Positions 11,101 to 21,863 of a stretch of DNA of 64,000 bases are shown in pieces. The notes beneath the pieces were generated by a model. That model was not told the DNA's origin. It saw only the letters and a list, made by a program, of their open reading frames with translations, and searched no databases. Both the position numbers and the translations under genes were made by a program. Position 1 is the stretch's first letter, and every line of letters starts with the position of its first letter. Origin of the DNA: Yuukianura sp. NJ FZ-2021 (Eukaryota); NCBI GenBank assembly GCA_046563655.1, contig CM102286.1:62001-126000 (forward strand), written 5' to 3'.

Positions 11101-14100
11101 AACGTTTTAGTCAGACTGTTCCTGGTCAAAGTTGTGCTGGGCTAATAGTTTGTTAGTTCTGGAAGTATGTTTGACATGTTGAAAATGAGAGTATTGTTCC
11201 TTACTTTTTCGTAGACATGTGCTGAGGAGAGTTCGTTTTCGAGAACCATGAGTCCGATTCCGATCATTCCCATGACGAGAGCATAGTCTGAAATCCGTTT
11301 CCTCTTTTCGAAGAGTGCTTTTCTCCTGCCGAGTCGGTAGCCGACGTTGGGTTTGTGTTTGCCCCCCAGTCCCATGCCGAGACCAAGGTGGGCACTTGAC
11401 TTTCTCTTCTCATCGTACTTGGGGTACTCGGAAGTGACCCCCACCAAGGCAGCATCCTCCTCCCCCCTTCCCCGCTCCCCTCCCATGAGACTCCCTGTGC
11501 TCCCCGGAATAGACAGCGTCGACAGAGGGGGCACTGCGTTCCTCAGCTGAAAAGACACAGTGACCCCATGACCCTCTGCTCACATGCGCATGCACAGGCA
11601 CTAAACACTACACTAAAGTCAGCTAAGCAGTTGCAGTGTGACTCGCACTGTGCACTATCCTTCCTCTCTCGTCTTTCACAAGGGAGTGCACAAAATAGCT
11701 AAACTTCGCATGTGCAATCCCTTCTCAAACACAAGAGAAAGGTGGTGGGGGAAAGTGGGCTCTTCAACTCTTCTACCGTAAACATTCTCTAAAGGCCTAA
11801 CTTTTCCTAGTCCTTCGGGATTACCCTAACTCATTTCTTTAGTTCATTTATGATTAGGTTTGTTTTCCTTTTTACTCCACTCATCAACTTTCCAAAACTT
11901 TCTCTTTTTACTAAACTTTGCCTAAACTTTTGCAATGGAAACAATTCCATTCCTGGTGAGGCCTTTCAATTTCCTTACTAAATTGAATTTAAAAGTTCTA
12001 GGTTGAAAGACACTTGGAGTTTTAGTTTAAAATTGGGATTGACTGGGTTTCCTAAAGGAATGCTTGGAGTTATTTTGTGAAAGCAGAAGGATAGAGTGTA
12101 GAGTGCGGATGGTTGTAAAGCGGGTGTTATTCGTGTTTTTACGGTGGTTGAACAAAAGTCGAACCGTTTTGAGGTGGTGGGGGTTCGGACAGAGTTTGTT
12201 GGCGTCGTCTCCGAGTGCGGGTTCTGTCGTGTAGGCTCTGCGGAATCTCGCTCTCCTCACCCCAGCAGATCCTCCTCCAGCCAGAGTTAGCGGGTTAAGA
12301 AGCAAAGTGTGCTAGAAGATGGAAACAAAACACTTCCGACTTAACACAAGCCCCACAGAGGGCACACTCATACTTTCACTCTACAAACTCTGTCACTTCC
12401 CATTCAAAGGTGTTGGAGTGACTCTTAAAAAGTAGTAGCTCTGAATAGTATTTTTTGATGGAGGACATTTGGAGGTAGAGTGGAAAGTGGAACACGGTTT
12501 TTCCTTTGGTGATGATGGAGTGGTTTGACGAAGCGTCAAACGAAGGCCTACAACATTTTAGGATTTCGGAAGGTCGGAAAGAAGGTTTAGGCGTGGATCA
12601 GGGAATAGTAGCTCCAACAGAAGGAGAGTAGCAAGAAACAAAGTGTTTCCGTTTTTGTGAGAAAGTGGAGAAAGTAATGGTTTGGGGTGTAATTGGATTG
12701 TGGAGGGATTAAACATTTAAATGGAGCTCCAGCATCCACACATGCCTCGCAGCCCAATTAATCAACACGAAACAAGAACTAGACACAGGGGACTCCCCTT
12801 TCTTTCCTCTGATTCTCACTTTTGGGGAAAGTAGTCTCAGTTACCTGTTTGAACTGTCGAATGGCCCCATTGATGCGCAGAGAGTCTGCTGCAATTCCTG
12901 CAATCCCTTCCCCAGGCTCCTTCAACTGTCGCAGGGAACTCGAACTAGAAACAGCATAAGAATCCATAAATTAAGAATGAGGCTGCAGGGCGAGGCAGTT
13001 TCCAAATTTAACAAACTGCCCACCATTTCTTAGTCTTTCCACTTTCTCTTTCTCAGGAATCGACTCCCGCAGAGTGAGTCGCATTAAAAATTCAAACTCA
13101 AATTCATTCCTTCAAACAGAGCTAGGCCCCTCTACAAACTTTTCCGTCTCCCTTTTCATTTTTTACGACGCAACGTTTGAAGTTTTCAAATTTGTTTTTT
13201 GTTCCAAACCTTTTCAAACTTATTGTTACACTATATGAAACGTAAGAATGAGCCAAAAATAATTTTTTTTGAAACTTTGAAACTCGACCCAGAATTTCAG
13301 GGATTCAGAAAACTTTTTTTCTGTCAAACTTTTGGATTTTTTTTTACTGTTCGCCTCTTTTAAGTCATTTCTAATCGTTTTCTGCCAAAAAATTTGTGAT
13401 CGAAGAAGTCCCTCTTTCGATTGTTTTTCAAACGTGGCATTTTGGAACTTGGCTTGTGTTTCTGTGACAAACGTGAGAATCGGCGTAAGTTTGGCCAAAT
13501 GAAATGGGATTTTGAGTAGTATTTTGGACGTTCCTTAATTGTTTTTGAGTGGAGAAAGAGAAGTGTTTTTTTTATTGATTTGTGGGTTACCTGTGCGTTT
13601 GGCAGTAGAGACAGGTCGTCTCTGGCTGCGAGTGTTGTCTCCTGATGGCTACATCTCTGTTGGTGACAGGGATAGCCTGAGGGTGGGTGTCTGTGACATG
13701 GACAGAACGGATGCTGTCCTTGGAAGCATGGCGAGACAGAGAATCGCACTGGGCCGCAGTTTCGCAGCGAGAGCAGTGGTGTCTTCTGGCCCCACCCGAG
13801 GGGAGGAGGTATCTGTGACGACGACAGGAGGAGCAGAGCCCTTCGTGTCCACTCGGCATGCTGGAGGGCCCTTGACCTGGTCCCAAGGGATGCGTGTCAG
13901 TGCGCATGCGGGAGTGGATCTCCAGTTCCGGCACTGATCGGCTGGAGTCGGAGCTCCTCGGGGGCACGACAACCACCGTCTCCTGCTCCTCATCAGTCGA
14001 TATCATGATGGGCGGCTCATCAACGGAGATGGAGGCGCCCTAAGGGAACCACAAGTCAACAAATTAATGAGCCACTCCTAAGTCAACAAGGAAAGCACGC

Positions 14101-15057
14101 GGAGAGCAAGAAGTTGCTTTCTCCTTGCTTTTCAAGTGTTTTCCCAGTTGATTTCCAGCGTGAAACAAAAGATGAAAATGAATTTACGAGCGGAGTGACT
14201 TGGGCGTTTCCAAGTCGCGGCATTCCCACTACAAAGTCGTGCGTTTTTAGCTCAATTATTGTGGTCGTAGCTTAATTGCCACTTCCAATGCAACACCTCT
14301 GGGAATGTTAAAATGGAATGTTAAAATTCCAAAGAATGGTTTACAAAAGTTTGGGGAGAGTTGTTGTGGCTGACTGGAGGATGGTTGGAACTTGTACTTT
14401 GTACTAAAGGCTGCTTAATGTCTTCTGCTCATGAGAATTTTAAAAGACGCCGAGGGAGTTTGCATACAATATGTCTATTGATTCTGGTTAAAAAGGAGAA
14501 AATTACTACTCCCAAACTCCCGTTTTCAGTTACTTGAGCGCAATTTGAAAGTAGGAAGTTGATTACTTGACCAAGGGCACTACCCCCGTTTCCCACTGGG
14601 TCACCGAGGAAACAGAGGTAATGAGGTGCTTACTTGTAATAGGTTTGGTTGGCAGGAGAAAGTTCCTCTCAAAGTTGTTTCTCCTCGGGATACACAAAGT
14701 GTCTCAAAGTTTTTTAACTGGAACTGACACTTGTCCCTTGCGGCTTGTGCTTTCGCAGTGGAGTTTAGTGTTAAAAATTAGTTTAGGCTTAGAGAGTTGT
14801 GGACTTACTACGTTGTGCTAAAAGTTTCCTTAGGAATTTGGTTGTTTTCTAAAAATAGTAGTTCTTACGGGGGTTGAGAGCGCAGTTTGTTGCGAGCAGA
14901 GTGCGAGGGGGATCCGCTGCCTTCCAGCCAGGCTCTGTCCCTGCATGTCTCTTGCGAGTGACGGTGTATCCTCCTTGTACTTTGCATATGGCGTACTACT
15001 GGCCGATCCAAGGAGGTTCTCAGAAGACTCTGCTTTCCTCATGCCCAGTCCACTCAT
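5152..15057 (-). CDS. SK: Small-conductance Ca2+-activated K+ channel (SK/KCNN), alternatively spliced
   Basis: Exons: 14869-15057, ~13591-14039, 12845-12944, optional 12165-12311, ~11205-11547 ([24 protein letters not shown]), ~10395-10490, 8816-8989, 8617-8762 ([29 protein letters not shown]), 8197-8301, alternative pore cassettes, S6 exon(s), 5960-6087, 5838-5907, 5152-5415. GYG filter and CaM-binding domain present. The 5' exons are less certain. Confidence 0.95.
6806..6943. repeat. Intronic inverted repeat (MITE-like hairpin, ~50-bp arms)
   Basis: gctttcaccggaagtggatttttgaatcctgctttcacaggta at 6806 matches the reverse complement of tacctgtgaaagcacgatttaaaaatcaacttccggtgaaagc ending at 6943, with few mismatches. 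Confidence 0.8.
9465..10146. repeat. 45-bp minisatellite, ~15 near-identical copies, in an SK intron
   Basis: Unit is gggtaattgtcgatttcagctgagatcgggggtggcgattcgcta. It produces the 15-aa periodic ORFs in the track. Confidence 0.95.
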
Positions 15058-17746
15058 GGCTCCAAATCAAACATCACTTCTAAACAACAAAATATCACTT
15101 ACAAACAGCATGAACAAACTTTCTCTCTTTCCTCAACTGAGAAATGTTTAGGTGTTTAGCCTGGAGTGAGATAAAAGTTAGTAATGGAATGGAGATGAGG
15201 ATTTGAAGAGTAGGCCAAATCCCTTGGTGCGAGGATTATGGCCACTTATGGGCACAACGATCTGGAAATGCTTTTACGCTCCTGCAGGGCACTCAGAGGC
15301 CGTTAAACGGAATGTTTCTTTCACATATTCACCTTAGCACGTTCCAAATGCCACTGCCTTTCTTAGACAAATGACTTTTGGAGAACATTTGGAAAGAAAC
15401 TCCTGTCGGAAGTTGAGAAAGTGACATAATTTAGGCACGTCGGGTGGGGACCCTGTGCCTCTCAAATATTGAGAAACTATTGATTTCCTGTCTAATTACA
15501 ACCCACTCCCACCATGAATAACTAAGCAACTGACGAAATGACAACAAAGCAATCACAACTCCCAACTCACAAACAACACTTTCTCTCTCTTCTCAAATGA
15601 AATTGGAGTTGTTTAATTAGTTTTGAGGTAATTCCTCACTTTCCACCTCAGTTCTGTCGCAGTGTGGCGGATTATGTTGCTCCTGTGGTTCCTTCCTCTG
15701 TAACTCTAATTAGTGAGATGGGGTTTAGAGAAAGTTTTTTGATGGTTGATGAAGAGGGGATTTAGTTAAGCCAAAGACAGAATCAATAGATCCACCATTC
15801 CATAAGCAAACAAACTCAAGGCTTCCCACGCACTGGACGAGGGAAACGTGCCTTAGCAACTCCAATCAAATTCTGTTTCCAATTTACAGCTTTAGAAAGG
15901 AGAGGAAATTGCACAACAGGAATGGACGTCTTTTGTTTGGAAATGGGACACCCATTTGTTGTCCCTTCCTAGGAAATTGTAGCCTTTTGCAGGACGTGTG
16001 TCTTATTGTTACTTTTGAATTGGAAGAGTGTGAATGTTCCTTGTGATTTATTTGTGCTTTCACTCACTCGTGAGTGGTGTGATGCCTCTAATCCAGTTGT
16101 CTCTCCACCTCTCCACTTCCAATTCAATTTGTGAGGTTAGCCACTCCAAAGTCCCTCATCCTTTCTATCTCTTTTGTCTTTTCCGGGTGATGACGGAAAC
16201 AAGATTAGAGTGGACAGGAGGAGATCCTTCTAATCCCTCCATTCGAGACACAAAAGTGAAAGTTCAACTCAGTTTCCTCCCATATTTGTGAGTGTGCACT
16301 TTGGGAGTTGGAAAAATGGGATTTGACATGGGTGGGGTGTGGAATGGGGAATGAGATGAAAAGTAAAAGTGGAACTGCAACTTTCCACTTTCTCCTGAAG
16401 GAACAAAGGAGAGGCCCCCCTCTGGCCCCTCCAGCTCAATACTGTTCCTCACTCTATTGACCTTTCACTCAAATGTCAACCACCTTCCTTTCCCTTCCCA
16501 GCCACAACGTACAGAGTGATGTGTGCATGGATCCAAGAGTGTCAACGGGAGTGTTGCAGTTGGAGTATTGATTGTGGGAGTTGCTTAATGAATCTCATTG
16601 GCTCTTATGCCTAATCAATGTATTGGAAAATGGGTGCTTGGTGGAGTGATTATTGGGGTTGCAACTTATTCCACACGCAATACTTTCCCTCATGGTGAAA
16701 CTTCACCTAACACATAAGGGAGAGGTCAACTCCATGTCCACACAAACCGCTTTACAAGGACAAAAGTACTTGGGAGTTCTCAATGCTTTCTCTTCACATA
16801 ACTATCCAATTCCATTGATTTCCACTACAAAAGAAGGAACTTGGATCAAATAATGACATGGTTACAACTCCATTGTGCACAAATGAGTTAGGGAGAGTCA
16901 CGCAGTTCTTTCTTTCCCACCGGAAAGACGCCACTCTCTAAAAGACTCTTTGATGACATATGTAATGGTGAATTCTATCTTTTTCTATTTCGTTGGTGGG
17001 CATGAGTGAAGGTGGTGGAGAGTGAACTGATGCGTTAAATTGGATTGATATGAACTGTGCGTTGGTTGGAGTGAGAGAAAAGCTTACCTGTCCAGATCCC
17101 CCACAATGTTCCCGCGGTTGGAGAGAGTGGTTGAGGTGTTGCGAGGAGGAAAGTCGGCGCTCAACTGGGGAAAGCAGGCACAAACTTTTCTCTTTTTGTG
17201 TCTTTGAGGAGAAGGGGGAAGCGTCTACAAATTGTTTCAAGAATTCAATGTTCCAAATCCCAATTTCTCTTTCTTTGTACTCAAAGGGAGAACTGTAGTT
17301 TTGACTCAAATTCAATCATAACTTACTTTCACCCGTGGATCTTCCTTCCACTTTTCATGTTCTTATTTCATATTTCATTTACTTCCAGTTTAGGATTTCA
17401 TTTGGATTTCTAGAGAGTCAAACACATTTCGTATTGATGGATTTTGAAAATGGAAAGTGTTAGTTTCCAGAATGATTTGTGCGGTGACCTTGGTGATTTT
17501 GTGAATGTGGGTTCGTAGTTGGAACATGAGAGAATTGAGAAGAAGCCGCCAAATAAGAAGACAATGGGCAGTTGTTTGGTGGCACTGCCACTTCCCATTG
17601 TTCAACTCAAGGTTAGAAGCGATTGTTGCATTGATCGGCTTGTTCGGAAAGAGCGTGCCCTTGGATGTTTGTGATTGGCGGTGGAGAGTTGTCGTAGGGA
17701 AGTGGTGAGGAGTTGAGACTTCAGTTGTGGTTGGATTGGTGTCAAG

Positions 17747-18367
17747 ATGAGTCGGAAGTATTTGTGGTTGTCTTTTGCCATCATGGCGTGTCTCGTGTGC
17801 ACTGTCTATGGTAAGAAACAACTTAAGTTAGATGGTGGATGGGAGTCTAAATGTTAGTTTGGTTGCAGGGGGTCATGACAGTTCTGAAGAGTCGGGAGAG
17901 GACGTTGAGAGAGATCATGACTCTCATGAGAAAGATTCAGATGAGACTGGGAACTACTCGCAGGAGAGATACGGAGAAGGTATTTGTACATTGGGCAGTT
18001 AGTTGTTGGTTTAACTATTGGTTGTTTAGGCAAGGACTCCGTTTGTCAGGAGAAGCGTCGGAAGGGAAGGTGTGATGGTCGGTATGAGCGGTGGTACTAC
18101 AACAGGCGCTACAAGGAGTGTCGCCAGTTCATCTACAGGTTCATTGTGCCTTACAGTGAGAGTGGCTCTGACCTTGGTTGACCTCTCCTTTGTTTCAGGG
18201 GGTGTGGTGGGAACAGGAACAGGTTCAGGACGCAGCGATTGTGTCAGAAGCGGTGTGTTGACATGCCAAGTGACACACCAGAACGTAACGACAGAAGACG
18301 GGGGTTTGGGCTGCTGGGGCTCGGTCGTGAAAACGACTACTCTCTCCTCAACGCCATCTTGGGCTGA
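17747..18367 (+). CDS. Secreted single Kunitz/BPTI-domain protein
   Basis: Four exons (17747-17810, 17869-~17979, 18030-~18138, 18199-18367). Signal peptide MSRKYLWLSFAIMACLVCTVYG, an acidic linker, then CQEKRRKGRCDGRYERWYYNRRYKECRQFIYRGCGGNRNRFRTQRLCQKRC with six Kunitz-spaced Cys and FxYxGCxGNxNxF. Confidence 0.9.
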
Positions 18368-18521
18368 GATTAACTCACCCAACTTTCCCCGCTTTCCAAT
18401 GAACAAACACTTTTCAAAAATAATTTCCAAAATGGTGGAACTGTTACATTGGATTTTATTGGATTCCTTAGGTGTTAATTAATAAAATGAGTTGAGAATT
18501 GTAGGGTTGAAGTTGTGGCGT

Positions 18522-19280
18522 CTAGTCCTTGCATAACTAAAAACAAAGAGGAGTTATAGGTAGGAATGAAATAATTTGAAGAGGTGGACTTACGGTGCCG
18601 ATGATTTCGAGGAAGCACTTGATGACTGGGTCGTAAGTTTTGCAGAATTCGTCAGTGTCGTCCATCTTCATTGCTATTTAATAGAGTTAAGTGTTAGAGT
18701 GAAAGAGTGGAGAGAGGAGTTGAGGTCACTTACACACTACATCTTTGCACTTCATGAACTTGGGCACGATTTTGTCCACGAGGTTGGAGGGAACGTACTG
18801 CTCAATGAATCCGTTGTACTTGTCCTCTCCCACGAACTGACCATCGTCTTCCACGAAACCCTCCTTCTTCAACACGCACTTCAGAATACCTAAATTCAAC
18901 TTTATTCTAGTTCAAATTAAGGAATTAATTAATTAAGGTTTACAGTTCATCTTGGCTGCTTTCTCCTTGGGGTTTTTGAATTTCATTGTTTTGGAGCACG
19001 TTGTGATTCCACCAAGCTGCTTCTTCGTCACCATGCTCACAAAGTCCTTGCAGCTAGACTCAGGCGCACTCTCCGCCCACTAAACAAAACAAAACGTCAA
19101 ATACGCCTCCATTTGGATTTTAAACATTCTTTTCAAAAACTTTAAGACTTTCTTTAAAATTTGGAAAAACTTTAGGGGTTCTTTTTGATTCGATGACTAG
19201 AGATAAGATTTGATTAGAGAAAGAAAGAGACTTAAATTGAGTGCGAGGAGAAGGAGTGTGAGTCCGGTCAACAGTCGCAT
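18522..19280 (-). CDS. Odorant-binding protein (OBP)-like secreted protein
   Basis: Five exons give MRLLTGLTLLLLALN-WAESAPESSCKD...TTC-x17-CILKC-x42-C-x14-C-x8-CFLEIIGTLCKD*. This is close to the classic six-Cys OBP spacing, with two extra Cys. The first intron lacks a GT donor (see findings). Confidence 0.7.
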
Positions 19281-19877
19281 CACTTGACCTTTGACCCCTC
19301 CGGGGATTCCTATTTTCTGATGTGATTCTTCCAGAAAAAAAAGACAATTTTGTAAAATAGATCGTGTGTGATGAGAATGGATGGTTTTTATAGGAGTAAT
19401 TAAGGTGGAAGTTGGTTTTGTGGCTAATGAGGAGGCAGGCATTGTTGCCTGACTCAATTAAATCTCCACTGCTCCCAACAATGTGTCGCATTGTTCCAGC
19501 ACAACTAGAATCCCAATTAAGGTCGCACTTGGTGGGACAACAATCGGAGACAAACTATGCGACATTAATGAGGTTCATTCGTTTCAAAAGGCGACATTGC
19601 CTACTTCAACTCATTAAACGATACCTATTCCGCTTGCTCTGCTCAATGTGCCTCATTGTGCGGGAAACAAAGGACTCAATTCGTCTTTAAACCGCTGAAA
19701 AGTGGCCATTGTAGTAACAAATATTGTGCATTCCAATCAAATATTCCAACTCCATTCGGAACTTTAAATTGAGCCACATCTTTTGCAATGTATTTTATTA
19801 TTGGGGCAATGTGAGACGTGTTAGTAGTTACAAATAGAGTTTCCAAGTGGGCATTCATCCAGGCAGGAAGAGTACAA

Positions 19878-20486
19878 TCACAAATCCAAGAATTCGTCGT
19901 CATCATCGTCCAGATTGCTTCTGCGTCTGTCAAACTGAGAGGAAAAAGTCGCTTAAACATTTGACTTCAAACTTAGGTTAAAATGTTTGTTGTTTACCTT
20001 GACCTTGGTCGTGTTTTTAGTCTTTTCGCTCACTTGCTCCAGTAGTCCAATGAGTTGACTTTCTCCCAGCTTGTCCCTCAACTGCCCACTGCGAGCCATG
20101 TTGATGAGAATGGCCTCTATCCTCTGCGCCTTCTCTGGCTTCGCAATCATGATCGTGTTCACTAAAAACAGAAACTGGAATTTAGGAAGTGGCAACAACA
20201 GTGGCAACAAGAGTGGCAACAAGTCTTACGTCGTGCTCTTGCCTGCTGGTCCAGAATCTGACTCAGCAGTTGGTTCTTCATTTGCTCTGCCTGATCTCGA
20301 CGATCCTCCTCCTCCTTCTTCTTGTCCTCTGACCCACCCTGCAATTTCATCAATTACTAATTAGTTACATTCTTAATTAGTTTAATCGAAGGTGAAATTC
20401 AAATGTGAGAGTCTTACACCGCCCGATCCCTGCATTTGTGCTAGTCTGTTTCCTCGCAGGGCTCCAACTTCTGCATCCTCCATCAT
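19878..20486 (-). CDS. PDCD5: Programmed cell death protein 5
   Basis: Four exons: MEDAEVGALRGNRLAQMQG...EQMKNQLLSQILDQQARARLNTIMIAKPEKAQRIEAILINMARSGQLRDKLGESQLIGLLEQVS...VKFDRRRSNLDDDDDEFLDL*. Confidence 0.93.
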
Positions 20487-20943
20487 TCAACTATCCAAAA
20501 AACGATCAACAACGGCCTCCGATTAACAATTTAACTTAACAATTTTGTTACAATTTACGATTTCTCTTTACTTTTCAAAACGAGGTCAAAACTTGAGTTG
20601 TGTTTCTGTTTGTAAATTCAAATTGAGTGTTTGGCGCCAGAGTGAAAACTGTAGGGTAAATACGACGAGAGATGGGGTACTAAATCTGAGCGTCCATCGA
20701 CAACTTGCTAAAGGTTTTAGATGACCTCTGACCTTTGGGCGAAAGATGATTCCAATTCTGTTTTTGGGTGGTTGGGTGTGAATGTCCGTGACCCCTCGAC
20801 TTGTCATTGTATAGGAAATTGAAGTGGAGGTTAATGATTCCATTTGTATTCAACTTAAAGTTCTCTCATCTTCAACTCACAAATTGTCGTTAAAAATGAA
20901 TTAGAATCCGGAATCGTTTAGGGAGTCCATCATGTTAAAAAGT

Positions 20944-20952
20944 GTATAAAAG
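20944..20952 (+). promoter_or_regulatory. TATA box of the EF-hand gene
   Basis: gtataaaag lies ~70 nt upstream of the ATG at 21015. Confidence 0.5.
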
Positions 20953-21014
20953 TGTCCTCCTATTCCACTTGTGTCACTCACAATTTCTTCGTCTTTTCCA
21001 TCTAACGTTTAACA

Positions 21015-21557
21015 ATGGCTTTTCAAAATGGAGTAGTTTTGTGTCTTTTTGTTGTGGCTGTCTCCTCAGCCCCACTTGGGCAGAGTGGAAGTGGGGCCTC
21101 TGTCCCACCGGCAGAAACTGGGAAGCCCCATCCCACGGCGGAGCAGGAGGCTTTGATCAAAGAAAGCTTCCAGGAATTGGATGTTAATGGAGACAACAAG
21201 GTCAGTTTGGAGGAGATTCTGCCGATTGCGGTGAAAGTATCGGAGACAGGGCTGGACAAGACTTTGAGGAAGCTGGATAGCAATGGAGATGGGGTTGTTT
21301 CTGCCAGGGAGTTCTTCATTCCGTCCAACACCATCAACCAGCAGCTCTTCTTCAACGTTGACTTGAACAGAGATGGGCAGTTGGAGCTGGACTCTGAGAT
21401 TAAGCAGTTCCTCTCCTCTCAGTTCTCCAAAATCTTCACAGATTCTCTGGACGAGAACAGTGATGGAGGGCTGAGTGTCCAGGAATACGAGGACTTTTAC
21501 ATGAGTCAAATTGCACTGGAAAGTGCAGCTCAGCAAAAAGAAGCTCCACAGCAGTAA
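21015..21557 (+). CDS. Secreted multi-EF-hand calcium-binding protein, 180 aa, single exon
   Basis: Signal peptide followed by four EF loops: DVNGDNKVSLEE, DSNGDGVVSARE, DLNRDGQLELDSE, DENSDGGLSVQE. AATAAA follows the stop. Confidence 0.85.
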   Translation: MAFQNGVVLCLFVVAVSSAPLGQSGSGASVPPAETGKPHPTAEQEALIKESFQELDVNGDNKVSLEEILPIAVKVSETGLDKTLRKLDSNGDGVVSAREFFIPSNTINQQLFFNVDLNRDGQLELDSEIKQFLSSQFSKIFTDSLDENSDGGLSVQEYEDFYMSQIALESAAQQKEAPQQ

Positions 21558-21863
21558 CTTCTTCTCCACAATTTCATTTTTTCAACTGATTTTAGTCATT
21601 CTGTATAACTATAATAAAAAAGAAGGTGGAACGATAGTCTTTTTGTGTAGATGTAATGCATATCTCATGTTTTGAGTTTAGAAGTGTGTGTTATCTGGTG
21701 GAAGGTCAAGGTCAAAGAGTTCCGTTAGCCTCCGAGTGTTGACGACACTCTTCTCTCGTCTCTTATTCACATCTTCTAGTCGTGGAGTGCCAAATCTCTC
21801 CGCTCTCATTCCAAGTTTCATCAAAAGTCATTTGCTTTTCCTTTCTTTTAAAAATCGTTTGAA

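Noticed and set aside
15100..17700. Separate gene between SK and the Kunitz gene
   Set aside because: No coherent spliced ORF. It is likely SK upstream regulatory DNA or non-coding first exons (a minus-strand donor lies near 17087).
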